A DNA stretch of 32,000 nucleotides, from positions 720,001-752,000 of the forward strand of contig MGBH01000001.1 in the NCBI GenBank assembly GCA_001790095.1. The letters run 5' to 3'. Of the stretch, positions 17,800-26,552 are shown piece by piece. Under the pieces are notes generated by a model. The model saw only the letters and a program-made list of their open reading frames with translations. It was not told the origin of the DNA and ran no database searches. The translations under genes were made by a program, and so were the position numbers. The DNA is from Candidatus Saccharimonadota bacterium. Lineage in GTDB: Bacteria; Patescibacteriota; Microgenomatia; UBA1406; GWC2-37-13. Each line of letters begins with the position of its first letter. Position 1 is the first letter of the stretch.

Positions 17800-18600
17800 C
17801 TATTTTAGTTTTTTTTGTAGCTCAAATGGACCCCTGCAACAACTGGTTATAAAAAAGAATAACAATATGCTACTTGCTACAAACATTAAGTCAGCTAAAC
17901 CACCGTTCCAATACGTTCCCAATAACTCTCCATATGTAAATGCATAATCGCCTATTGCCATAAATATAATAGATATGAGAAGCAGCATCATACTGCGCCT
18001 TGCTCTTCCCTCCACGATTTTATAGGTGATGAATGCCAAGATAAACATAAATATATCAAGCATTGGATAGGTGAAGTTGGTAATTGCCTCAACGAGGGTA
18101 AAACCACTTGCAATCGGAATACTTTTAAATACAAAGTAAACGACTCCATACCCAACTAATATGAAAAAAAAGGACTCAAAAATATTTCGACTTGTGATGG
18201 GGGCATCCGAATACTCCATAAGACGCCAACAACCCCAGCATATGAGCATAATCATAAAGATGTAAAAGGCATCAGCGATCGATGGAAAAGGAACCTCAAC
18301 ATGTAGCACAATATTGTAATACGCCCAGATCATGTCAGCTATCCCCCAAAAAAAAGCAGCCAGCACAAAATAATAGAGAGTTCTTCGAAAGATAGCATTT
18401 GCAGCCTGCTTTTTTATGAAGAAAAAACCAACGATTGCTCCAAGAAGGTGAAGAGAACTACTCCCCACATTGTATGCATCATTCCAGATCGTTTCTTTGT
18501 TTGGTATGACTTGAAGATAAATCCCCCAAGCAAGTATAAAGATGGCATAGATTACATATATCGCAATCCCCAAGTACTTTTTGATTACATCCCCGCTCAT
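17800..18600 (-). CDS. Polytopic (7-8 TM) membrane protein, function unknown
   Basis: 266 aa, almost entirely hydrophobic helices. Its stop is 2 nt from the CHASE gene start. Confidence 0.65.
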   Translation of the reverse strand: MSGDVIKKYLGIAIYVIYAIFILAWGIYLQVIPNKETIWNDAYNVGSSSLHLLGAIVGFFFIKKQAANAIFRRTLYYFVLAAFFWGIADMIWAYYNIVLHVEVPFPSIADAFYIFMIMLICWGCWRLMEYSDAPITSRNIFESFFFILVGYGVVYFVFKSIPIASGFTLVEAITNFTYPMLDIFMFILAFITYKIVEGRARRSMMLLLISIIFMAIGDYAFTYGELLGTYWNGGLADLMFVASSILLFFFITSCCRGPFELQKKLK

Positions 18601-18606
18601 ATTTTC

Positions 18607-18615
18607 ACTATAACA
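18607..18615 (-). promoter_or_regulatory. Extended -10 promoter (TGTTATAGT) 6 nt upstream of ATG 18600
   Basis: The minus strand reads CTGTTATAGT-GAAAAT-ATG. No SD. Confidence 0.5.
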
Positions 18616-18654
18616 GAAACGGCATGATAATAGTGATTCTATTTTCGTAATAGT

Positions 18655-18672
18655 TAGTAGTAAATACTACTA
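18655..18672. promoter_or_regulatory. Inverted repeat TAGTAGTA-AA-TACTACTA; candidate operator between divergent promoters
   Basis: 8-bp perfect arms, located between the minus promoter (18607-18615) and the plus promoter (18689-18716). It is adjacent to a TrmB-family regulator gene. Confidence 0.35.
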
Positions 18673-18688
18673 CTTATATAAACATCTC

Positions 18689-18716
18689 TTGACATTTTAT
18701 GCTCATTTGATATACT
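18689..18716 (+). promoter_or_regulatory. Consensus-like promoter TTGACA-16 nt-(TGa)TATACT
   Basis: TTGACA at 18689-18694, TG at 18708-18709 and TATACT at 18711-18716. Confidence 0.55.
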
Positions 18717-18744
18717 TCTATTGGTTGCAAACCATACAACTAAT

Positions 18745-19524
18745 ATGAATAATATTCTTTTGCGGCTTGGTCTCACCTCTAATGAATCATCCATCTACCT
18801 TACACTATTAAAACATAAAGAAAAAACGGCCGCCGAAATCGCACGCATACTCTCAATGGATAAATCCTCCTGCTACAGGGCGGTTGAGTCACTCGTAAAG
18901 CAAGGCCTTCTCATCACGATCCCCCGTCGTCGCGGTACCACACATACAGCCGCCTCTCCGCAGATTTTGAAAGAACTTATGAATGCAAAAAAGAGTGAGA
19001 TAAAGGCTCAGGAAAACGAGCTAGATATTTTTATAAAAAAATTGGTCAAGGATACAAGCGAAAACAGAAGCACGTTTATCAAGGTTGAACAGGGAATCCA
19101 AGCCATAAGAGACGGTATGGAACGCAACCTTGAAGCTGCAATCCAGTCAGATAAGATGATCAAAGAGCAATATCGACTCTCATTTCCCTATTTTAAATAC
19201 AAAGAACATGCAACTTGGGTAAATGAGTTTGCAAAGCGAAGAATAAGAGCTGGTGTTTCCATCCGTCAAATAGTTGACTTTGCAGGATCAAGTGCGTTTG
19301 CACCCATCATGAAAACGGACAAAAAACTCCTTAAAGAGATCCGCCTTATGCCTAAAGAGATGAAGACGCTCCATGGACTGCGCATATCCGGGGATATCAC
19401 CAACATCATAAGCTTTGATAAAGATAATAACTACATAGACATAACCATAAAAGATAAATACGTGACGGAACTTATTAACTCTATATTTGACTTTATCTGG
19501 GAAAGGAGCGAAAAATATATATGA
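18745..19524 (+). CDS. TrmB-family transcriptional regulator (winged HTH plus C-terminal effector-type domain)
   Basis: MNNILLRLGLTSNESSIYLTLLKHKEKTAAEIARILSMDKSSCYRAVESLVKQGLL is the canonical TrmB N-terminus. The track start 18721 is a TTG, so ATG 18745 is preferred. Confidence 0.75.
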   Translation: MNNILLRLGLTSNESSIYLTLLKHKEKTAAEIARILSMDKSSCYRAVESLVKQGLLITIPRRRGTTHTAASPQILKELMNAKKSEIKAQENELDIFIKKLVKDTSENRSTFIKVEQGIQAIRDGMERNLEAAIQSDKMIKEQYRLSFPYFKYKEHATWVNEFAKRRIRAGVSIRQIVDFAGSSAFAPIMKTDKKLLKEIRLMPKEMKTLHGLRISGDITNIISFDKDNNYIDITIKDKYVTELINSIFDFIWERSEKYI

Positions 19525-21197
19525 TCAAAGCGCTTATTTTTGATTTAGGAGAAGTTGTTACATCAAATGCCTGGCATTATAGATGTCCTGAAAAAGACAG
19601 GGAGTTTTGCAGTTATTTTAAAGTCACAATGGAGGATTTTGAACGAGGATGGCTTACTGCTTGGCCTTTATATGAACTGGGGAAGGTCACTGAAGATGAA
19701 TTCTGGACAATGTTTTTGACTCTTTCTGGAACAAAAAAGATTGATGTTGCACATGCAAGACTCCTTTGGAAGAAATATCAGTATCTTAAGCCTGGTATGT
19801 TGGATCTTCTAACGCGTCTTCACAACCGCTATCCTCTTGTTGCTTGTACCAATAATGGAAAAGAATGGGTCAACTTTTATAAACAACAATTTCATCTTGA
19901 CACTTTTTTTGACGCTATCATAAACTCCGGTGAGGTTCATATAAAAAAGCCAGATTCGGGTATTTATAAAATAGCCGTAGAAAAAACGGGGTACAAACCT
20001 AAAGAAGTAGTTTTCATAGATGATTCTAACGGACCAATCAAAGGAGCACAGGCTTTTGGACTTCAAACAATACAATTTAAAAATGCCAAACAGTTAGAAT
20101 TGAAATTAAACAAAATAGGAGTAGATACTTCTATCCTTGATATTTCAAGCCGAAAACATTCATTTTACTGGCAAAGCGACAGGAAGATTAGTGAATTCCA
20201 AATCAGGCAGATTTTTCAAAACCGTCACAGCTTTTTTGATAAAACAAACGCAGTGAAGGCTCTTGAAATAGGTTTAAAGCAAAAGGTAAAAGATATCATT
20301 CCCCCCATAAAGTCAGGGAGCATAAACAGTGTAGTAAGGGCTCGCATGGAAAATGGCGCTGATGTAATAATGCGCATGCATCCAAACGGCCTCAAAAACG
20401 GTTATTTTTGGGCAGAGAAAGCAGTCGCTGACGCGGCTTGCAAAGCTAAAGTACCAACATATCAAACATTATTCATCGACGATACTAAAGAATATGTTCC
20501 TTTTGATTATATGATCATCTCATGCCTATCGGGAGAAAACATGAAGCATGCAGGCCCCTTTTCCCCGAAAATCGACCAAAGATTGATCAAAGATACCGGA
20601 CGACTTATGGCCTTGACACACTCTATTAAAACAAAAGGATTTGGCTTTTTTGATAATAAACAGGCAAGGTCGGACAAGCTTATTGGCATACACAATAAAT
20701 GGACAGACCATATCTATGCATCGCTTGATGATAATCTCATCTATCTACAAAAAATGAAGGCAATATCTCCAAAAGAGAAGAGGTTTATAAAGCATATTTT
20801 TAAAACAAATGATCATATCATTGTGTGTGATTCGCCCCGTCTTGTACATAACGATATTGCAGATTGGAATCAGCTCACCGATGGAAAGAAAATAACCGGT
20901 TTTATTGACTGGGATGAGTCTTTTTCGGGCGATCCGATCTGTGACTTTTCTACTTATTCCGTATTTTTCGATGATAAGAGGCTTAATAACTTAATATCCG
21001 GATATGAAACCGTAACAAAGCTTCCGTCTGATTTTGAAGAAAAATTCCATCTGTATCGTTTGAGATATATCATATCCAAATTAACTCTCCGCACTAAAAG
21101 ATCTGTCTATGACAATACTCCTTTTGTAAAAACATTATTACAATATTCCCAAACGCTCCTCTCAAAAGAGCTTTCACATTATGACTACCGCGCATAA
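19521..21197 (+). CDS. Fusion protein: HAD-IA phosphatase (N-terminal) plus APH/choline-kinase-type phosphotransferase (C-terminal)
   Basis: HAD motifs are LIFDLGEVV (motif I variant), ACTNN and KKPD...VVFIDDSNGPIKGAQAFGLQTIQF. Kinase motifs are LVHNDIADWNQL (HxDxxxxN) and GFIDWDESFSGDP. The start overlaps the TrmB stop (ATGA). Confidence 0.8.
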   Translation: MIKALIFDLGEVVTSNAWHYRCPEKDREFCSYFKVTMEDFERGWLTAWPLYELGKVTEDEFWTMFLTLSGTKKIDVAHARLLWKKYQYLKPGMLDLLTRLHNRYPLVACTNNGKEWVNFYKQQFHLDTFFDAIINSGEVHIKKPDSGIYKIAVEKTGYKPKEVVFIDDSNGPIKGAQAFGLQTIQFKNAKQLELKLNKIGVDTSILDISSRKHSFYWQSDRKISEFQIRQIFQNRHSFFDKTNAVKALEIGLKQKVKDIIPPIKSGSINSVVRARMENGADVIMRMHPNGLKNGYFWAEKAVADAACKAKVPTYQTLFIDDTKEYVPFDYMIISCLSGENMKHAGPFSPKIDQRLIKDTGRLMALTHSIKTKGFGFFDNKQARSDKLIGIHNKWTDHIYASLDDNLIYLQKMKAISPKEKRFIKHIFKTNDHIIVCDSPRLVHNDIADWNQLTDGKKITGFIDWDESFSGDPICDFSTYSVFFDDKRLNNLISGYETVTKLPSDFEEKFHLYRLRYIISKLTLRTKRSVYDNTPFVKTLLQYSQTLLSKELSHYDYRA

Positions 21198-22200
21198 TAG
21201 GGTTTGTCTGGGCACGTTTCCCCTTTCTGGAGTTTATAATCCGATTTCGTCAAACGACGCGGAAAATCTGATCAGATATTTCTTTGAGTTAGGAGGATAT
21301 TACATAGATACCGCTCCCATGTATGGATGTGGAAAGGTCGAATCTCTTTTGGGAAAAGCACTAAGCGGAAAAAAACGCGAAGATTTTTATATCATTTCAA
21401 AGTGCGGAAAAGAAATACTCCCCTTACATAATACGTGGACATCAAAAGCAAGTTATCACGATGTTATAAAACAATGCCATGAATCACTCCAAAGATTAAA
21501 ACTTGATTATCTAGACTTGTATCTTATTCACTCGCCTGACAAGGAAACACCGTTTGATGAGACCGTTCAAGCGTTGCTTGACTTGCAAAAAAGCGGCAAA
21601 ATAAATGACTTTGGAGTTTCGAATGTTACCCTTGATGAGCTTAAAAAATACAGAGAATACGTAGACATCCGTTTTGTTCAAAACAGATTTAGCTTTGTAA
21701 ATAGAAGTATTTCAGACGAATATCTTTTATATCTAAAAAAATATAATATACAACTACTTCCCTATGAGATCCTGGAGATCGGTCAGCTCACCGGGTCAAT
21801 CATCGAAGAAAAACATCTGGGAAAAAAGGACGTACGAGGAACGACCCGTTGTTTCCAAGATGATGTACTGCACGAAACCAGAATATGGATAAAAGACTAC
21901 GTTTCCCCACTTGCGAAGAAAAATAAGGTAACGATAGGTCAACTTATAATCGCATGGACTCTTAATGAGCCCCAGATACCCTATGTACTTGTCGGGACAA
22001 CAAAGAAAGAGTACCTTACCCTTAATCTTGCTGCAAGTTCAGTAAAACTCACCGATGAAACTAAGGGAGAGCTTGAGACTGCCTATAAAAAGCTTGTTGA
22101 GATAATTCAAACAAAATATCACGCTTCTCTTAAAGAATTCCGGGGATTAAATGATAGATATTATAGCCAGTTTGATTTTAAGCGTTACAATATTTTTTGA
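21181..22200 (+). CDS. Aldo/keto reductase
   Basis: YIDTAPMYG, LDYLDLYLIHSPD, GVSN and VQNRFS motifs. 339 aa. Confidence 0.85.
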   Translation: MTTAHNRVCLGTFPLSGVYNPISSNDAENLIRYFFELGGYYIDTAPMYGCGKVESLLGKALSGKKREDFYIISKCGKEILPLHNTWTSKASYHDVIKQCHESLQRLKLDYLDLYLIHSPDKETPFDETVQALLDLQKSGKINDFGVSNVTLDELKKYREYVDIRFVQNRFSFVNRSISDEYLLYLKKYNIQLLPYEILEIGQLTGSIIEEKHLGKKDVRGTTRCFQDDVLHETRIWIKDYVSPLAKKNKVTIGQLIIAWTLNEPQIPYVLVGTTKKEYLTLNLAASSVKLTDETKGELETAYKKLVEIIQTKYHASLKEFRGLNDRYYSQFDFKRYNIF

Positions 22201-22330
22201 TAAAATACTACATGTTGTATACGAGTGATGCACATATTTAGTACACTTCAGTTCCTTTTCAGATTCCTATCATACACTTGCCTTTATTGGAAAACTTTAG
22301 TTAATTAACCTTGAAAGGGGGTGAAAATAT

Positions 22331-22606
22331 ATGATGAGATACTGGGGTTATTATCCACAACATATAGAGCACGGATTTGGGTTTAACATCGTTGGGTTTA
22401 TCATCGAAATACTCTTTTGGGTTTTGATCATTGCGGTCTTCATGACGCTCTTCAAACATTTTGGTCATATGAGAAGTGAAAGTACGACGCGCGACGGCGA
22501 TGAGTCCGATCATGCGTTGGAAATAGTAAGAGAACGCTATGCAAAAGGAGAGATATCAAAAAAGGAGTTTGAAGAGTTAAAAAAAGACCTCATAAGTACG
22601 ACATAA
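22331..22606 (+). CDS. Small membrane protein with a C-terminal SHOCT domain
   Basis: One TM (IVGFIIEILFWVLIIAVFM) followed by LEIVRERYAKGEISKKEFEELKKDL (SHOCT signature). Preceded by an SD-like GGGGGTGA. Confidence 0.7.
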   Translation: MMRYWGYYPQHIEHGFGFNIVGFIIEILFWVLIIAVFMTLFKHFGHMRSESTTRDGDESDHALEIVRERYAKGEISKKEFEELKKDLISTT

Positions 22607-22631
22607 TGCGTCAGTAAGCAGCAATGAGGTG

Positions 22632-22637
22632 TATAAT
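22632..22637 (+). promoter_or_regulatory. -10 box TATAAT 6 nt upstream of ATG 22644
   Basis: GGTGTATAAT-CTATAC-ATG. No SD. Confidence 0.45.
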
Positions 22638-22643
22638 CTATAC

Positions 22644-23558
22644 ATGCATCTCCTTGAGGTAAAACAACTTGTCAAAGACTTTGGATCATTTCGAGCAGTA
22701 GATGGAATCTCTTTTTCTATCTCAAAAGGTTCTGTTGTGGGGCTTTTGGGGCAAAATGGCGCTGGTAAAACTACAACCATACGTATGCTTTTAGGTATCA
22801 CTACTCCGACTTCTGGATCTTTGTCCTATTTTGAAAAGGATTTCTTTACTCACCGTGAAGAATCGCTCCAACGAATAAACTATATCTCTTCCTATAACAC
22901 TCTTGTTGGACGCATGTCTATATGGGAAAACCTTAGAGTATACGCAACCATGTATCAAATACATGCGCCGAATAAAAAAATTGCAGAGCTTCTTTCCTAT
23001 TTTGAGATATCAGACCTCAAAAACAAAATCTATGAAGATCTCTCCTCAGGTCAAAAAACGAGGGTAAATTTGGTAAAATCGCTTCTCAATGACCCTGAAC
23101 TTGTGCTTATGGATGAGCCAACTGCAGCGCTTGATCCTGACATAGCCGATAAGACACTTTCCCTTATTGAAACATGGAAAAAAGAAAAAAATCTGTCTAT
23201 CCTCTATACTAGCCATAATATGCAGGAAGTTACACGGATTTGTGACAAGGTTATCTTTCTTGCCAATGGAAAGATCATTGAACAAGATACCCCTCTTAAC
23301 CTTGCCAAAAAAGTGACCAAGGCGGAGCTCATACTTACCTATGAGAAAGATCCAAAACCAGCGTTTTCCTACCTCACAGATAGAGGCATTTCCCATAAAC
23401 ATAAAACACCAAATCAGCTGATCATCCAGACCAAAGAAGAAGATATCCCTCGTATTATCTTTGATATCAGCAAAACTGGGCTGTGGATGAATGATATAAC
23501 CATTAACAAACCTACACTTGAAGATTTCTTTTTGCAAATTTCACGAAAAAAGTCATGA
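22644..23558 (+). CDS. ABC transporter ATP-binding protein (ABC-2 exporter type)
   Basis: Walker A GQNGAGKTT, signature LSSGQKTR, Walker B LVLMDEPT and H-loop TSHN. The track start 22629 is a GTG. ATG 22644 (MHLLEVKQL) fits family N-termini and the promoter spacing. Confidence 0.9.
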   Translation: MHLLEVKQLVKDFGSFRAVDGISFSISKGSVVGLLGQNGAGKTTTIRMLLGITTPTSGSLSYFEKDFFTHREESLQRINYISSYNTLVGRMSIWENLRVYATMYQIHAPNKKIAELLSYFEISDLKNKIYEDLSSGQKTRVNLVKSLLNDPELVLMDEPTAALDPDIADKTLSLIETWKKEKNLSILYTSHNMQEVTRICDKVIFLANGKIIEQDTPLNLAKKVTKAELILTYEKDPKPAFSYLTDRGISHKHKTPNQLIIQTKEEDIPRIIFDISKTGLWMNDITINKPTLEDFFLQISRKKS

Positions 23559-24352
23559 ATATAAACCGGATTCGCGCCACTCTACTTCAAGAATATTATA
23601 TGGTCCAACGGAGTCTTGAAACCATTGTAGATGTATTTGTATACCCGATCATGAACATCATCGTATTCGGTTTTATCTCAAAATTTCTTCTTGGCTCAAC
23701 GGATCGGTCAGTATTTTTGTCTCTTATCGTTGCCATGTTATTTTGGCAGATATTCAGCACTTCCCAGTACACGATAAGTGTGGCAACCTTATGGAATATG
23801 TGGGCACATAATCTTACCAATCTATTCGCCACACCTACTACATTCCTTGAGTACTTTATCGCACATGCCATAACTGCCCTCATCAAAGCGCTTCTCGTCT
23901 TTTTTGTCGGAGCACTTATTGCCTATTTCCAGTTTGGATACAATGTTGTTAATATCCCCTTTCCCCTTCTTCTTGTCATCATGATAAATCTCTACCTCTC
24001 AGGGATTGCAATCGGACTTGTACTGGTTGGCTTTATATTTGCATATGGTACCCGTATACAAGCTCTTGCATGGGGATTTATCTCAATCATTCAACCCTTA
24101 GCATCTGTGTTTTACCCCTTAAGTGTTTTACCTGAGCCGTTCCAATCACTTGCCCGTTTTCTTCCTCTTACGTATATGTTTGAGGCTCTCCGTCAGATTA
24201 TTTCACAGACCGCTCCGCTCCCAATCATCCATACCCAGCTTATGATCGGATCATGTATCACTCTAATCTATCTTATTATCTCTTTTATTATATTTAAATA
24301 TCTTCTTGCCTATTCAAAAGACAGTGGACAGTTTGCCAAAAATGACCTATGA
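23555..24352 (+). CDS. ABC-2 type transporter permease
   Basis: 265 aa with 6 TM helices. The start overlaps the ATPase stop by 4 nt. Confidence 0.8.
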   Translation: MNINRIRATLLQEYYMVQRSLETIVDVFVYPIMNIIVFGFISKFLLGSTDRSVFLSLIVAMLFWQIFSTSQYTISVATLWNMWAHNLTNLFATPTTFLEYFIAHAITALIKALLVFFVGALIAYFQFGYNVVNIPFPLLLVIMINLYLSGIAIGLVLVGFIFAYGTRIQALAWGFISIIQPLASVFYPLSVLPEPFQSLARFLPLTYMFEALRQIISQTAPLPIIHTQLMIGSCITLIYLIISFIIFKYLLAYSKDSGQFAKNDL

Positions 24353-25446
24353 CAAAACAGCGTTTCATACTTGTGAGCGTCGTACCTCCATCCTGCACTA
24401 AAAAGCAGGCTGAAGACGATCTTCAAGAGATCCAAAGCCTTATTGATACATACGGTGGGGCTGATATCGTCGACATAATCCAACGAAGAGCCCGCCCTGA
24501 CGGAGGTACGTATGTCGGATCAGGAAAAGCTCAAGAAATCGCATCACTTGTGGAAAAAAAACAAATAGATGTGGTGGTGATAAACGGGATAGCCCGCGCA
24601 TCCCAGCTTTATCATATCTTGCAGCTTTGCTGGAAAAGCAATCCAAATATACAAGTCTGGGATCGGGTCGATCTTATACTCCACATATTTTCCCATCATG
24701 CGTCAACCGCCGAAGCCAAACTTCAGATTGAGCTTGCCAGCATGCGCCACATGGGTCCGCGTATCTACGGACTGGGAGCAAGTTTCTCTCAACAAGGAGG
24801 AGGAATCGGGACAAAAGGCCTTGGCGAAACCAACGTTGAGCTTATGAAACGACACTGGAGAAATGAAATGAGGAAAAAACAAGAAAAACTTGAAGAGCTT
24901 GAAAAAAACAGGGAACGCCAAGTGACTCGTCGCCATGATCAAGGCCTAATGACGATCTCAATCGTAGGGTATACCAATGTTGGTAAGACGTCGCTTTTTA
25001 ATTTGCTGACCGGAAAAGAAAAATTAGCGAAAAATGTATTATTTGCGACACTTGATAGCGTCGTTGGTAAACTATATTTTAAAGAGATTCAGAAAGAGGT
25101 CGTCATATCAGATACAATCGGCTTTATCCAAAACCTCCCCCCCACACTCATCAACGCTTTCAAATCAACGCTCATGGAGAGTATCCATGCTGACATACTT
25201 CTTCATGTTATAGATATTGCAGATCCTCATATGGAAACTAAAATTAAAGTAGTTGAAAAGATCTTAAGGGACCTAAAAATTGAAAATAAACCTATTTTTT
25301 ATGTGTTCAATAAGATTGATCGAGTTGATGGAAAAAGGATAGCTGAGTGTTCTAAAAACTATGGTGCTTTTTTACCTCAGTTTATATCAGTCCATACCGG
25401 TGTTGGTATAAAAGATTTGTACTACTTTATACAAGAAAAAATTTAG
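24349..25446 (+). CDS. hflX: GTPase HflX
   Basis: HflX N-domain (GSGKAQEI...), G1 GYTNVGKTSLFN, G3 DTIGFI and G4 NKID. The start overlaps the permease stop by 4 nt. Confidence 0.9.
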   Translation: MTKQRFILVSVVPPSCTKKQAEDDLQEIQSLIDTYGGADIVDIIQRRARPDGGTYVGSGKAQEIASLVEKKQIDVVVINGIARASQLYHILQLCWKSNPNIQVWDRVDLILHIFSHHASTAEAKLQIELASMRHMGPRIYGLGASFSQQGGGIGTKGLGETNVELMKRHWRNEMRKKQEKLEELEKNRERQVTRRHDQGLMTISIVGYTNVGKTSLFNLLTGKEKLAKNVLFATLDSVVGKLYFKEIQKEVVISDTIGFIQNLPPTLINAFKSTLMESIHADILLHVIDIADPHMETKIKVVEKILRDLKIENKPIFYVFNKIDRVDGKRIAECSKNYGAFLPQFISVHTGVGIKDLYYFIQEKI

Positions 25447-25490
25447 TTTTTAGTATATAAAAATCTTTCGTCAAGCAGTACACTGATACT

Positions 25491-26552
25491 ATGTCTAGAA
25501 AATTTCCTTATTACATAAAAATATGTATCACCTTTATAGGATCTTTTCTCATCTCTCAATTCCTTGTAAATACATTATTCATAACAAACACCACCACCCC
25601 AGACTGGGCATCTTTTCAATCAAACATTTTAGATATGAATCAAAATGTTGGATCAGCAGGCCAGACAATAATTGGTAACCTAATCGCTTCATTTACCCCA
25701 TCAAAAATAAACTCCTCATCTATTTCAGATACCCAACTACCCCCATCTCCCCTACCCACCTCCTCAAATCTGTTTGGCTTTGAAACCATCCCCACGAAAA
25801 AGCCCGTTGTGGCACAGCCCACTAATCCACCTTTTTCACTCCCCGCTCTACCCTTTATCCCAACACGTAAACCAACACAAAAACCGAAAGTATCCCCTGT
25901 ACCATCACCCAAGCCCAACCCCACCTCTCCTCCCAAACCAACTATACAACCTATTCCTATCGTTGAGTTTCCCAAGGTATCAGGAGACCCGCTTAAACAA
26001 ACCTGGTATGGAAAAAAATCATATGCATGTTACACTCAAGAACGATTTATTCAGGTCTATGCAAACGGAGTTAATCCTGATTCATGTAGAAGTAATGTAA
26101 AAAAAGCGATTGAGGCGCAAAACACAACAATCAAGCTGCTAGGAAAGACTATCACTATACATGAAAAAGCATATCCTGCATTTAAAGCAGTAGCTGACAC
26201 TCTTGAGCAATATAAAAAAGATAGTACTCATTATGACTTTCCAAGTAAGCCAAATTATGAGATAAAAAATGTAGGGGCATATGTATTTCGATGTAACGTA
26301 AACGCTTCAAAAAGCGGTAAAAATGAAGTATGCTCTCCAGATTGCGTACTTTCTCCCCACTCTTTTGGAATCGCAGTTGATATAAATTATGGCGAAAACT
26401 GCAACGGATGCAAAACATATGATATGCCAGAGGAAATCTGGAAGACGTTTGAGTCCTATGGCTTTCGTTGGGGAGGCCATTATCCCCTCATTAACTCCTA
26501 TATTGATCCTATGCATTTTGAGTATATGAAGGATCTGTGTGAGGGTATCTAA
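25491..26552 (+). CDS. Membrane-anchored D-Ala-D-Ala carboxypeptidase-like peptidase (M15 / VanY, LAS fold)
   Basis: N-terminal TM, a long P/T/S-rich linker, then SPHSFGIAVDIN (Hx6D zinc ligands) and DPMHFEY. Confidence 0.8.
   Translation: MSRKFPYYIKICITFIGSFLISQFLVNTLFITNTTTPDWASFQSNILDMNQNVGSAGQTIIGNLIASFTPSKINSSSISDTQLPPSPLPTSSNLFGFETIPTKKPVVAQPTNPPFSLPALPFIPTRKPTQKPKVSPVPSPKPNPTSPPKPTIQPIPIVEFPKVSGDPLKQTWYGKKSYACYTQERFIQVYANGVNPDSCRSNVKKAIEAQNTTIKLLGKTITIHEKAYPAFKAVADTLEQYKKDSTHYDFPSKPNYEIKNVGAYVFRCNVNASKSGKNEVCSPDCVLSPHSFGIAVDINYGENCNGCKTYDMPEEIWKTFESYGFRWGGHYPLINSYIDPMHFEYMKDLCEGI

Noticed and set aside
18721-18744. TTG start at 18721 for the TrmB-like gene (and GTG 22629, TTG 7800 and TTG 13313 for other genes)
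   Set aside because: The downstream ATGs give family-typical N-termini and fit the promoter geometry. The extensions add non-conserved or hydrophobic residues.
17433-22359. Perfect DnaA-box 9-mers TTATCCACA at 17433-17441 and 22351-22359 (possible oriC)
   Set aside because: The two copies are isolated, both inside coding regions, and ~5 kb apart. There is no box cluster, AT-rich unwinding element or dnaA/dnaN nearby. This is consistent with chance.
23046-23537. 163-aa ORF antisense to the ABC ATPase gene (also 23596..23886, 24440..24646 and 24703..24942 in the permease and hflX)
   Set aside because: The opposite-strand genes carry unambiguous Walker, signature and G-motifs. Antisense ORFs of this size are expected in AT-rich DNA.
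25640-26100. ORFs 25640..25975(-) and 25774..26100(+) in the P/T-rich part of the M15 peptidase gene
   Set aside because: These are off-frame or antisense readings of a low-complexity Pro/Thr-coding stretch. The main frame continues into clear LAS-fold motifs.
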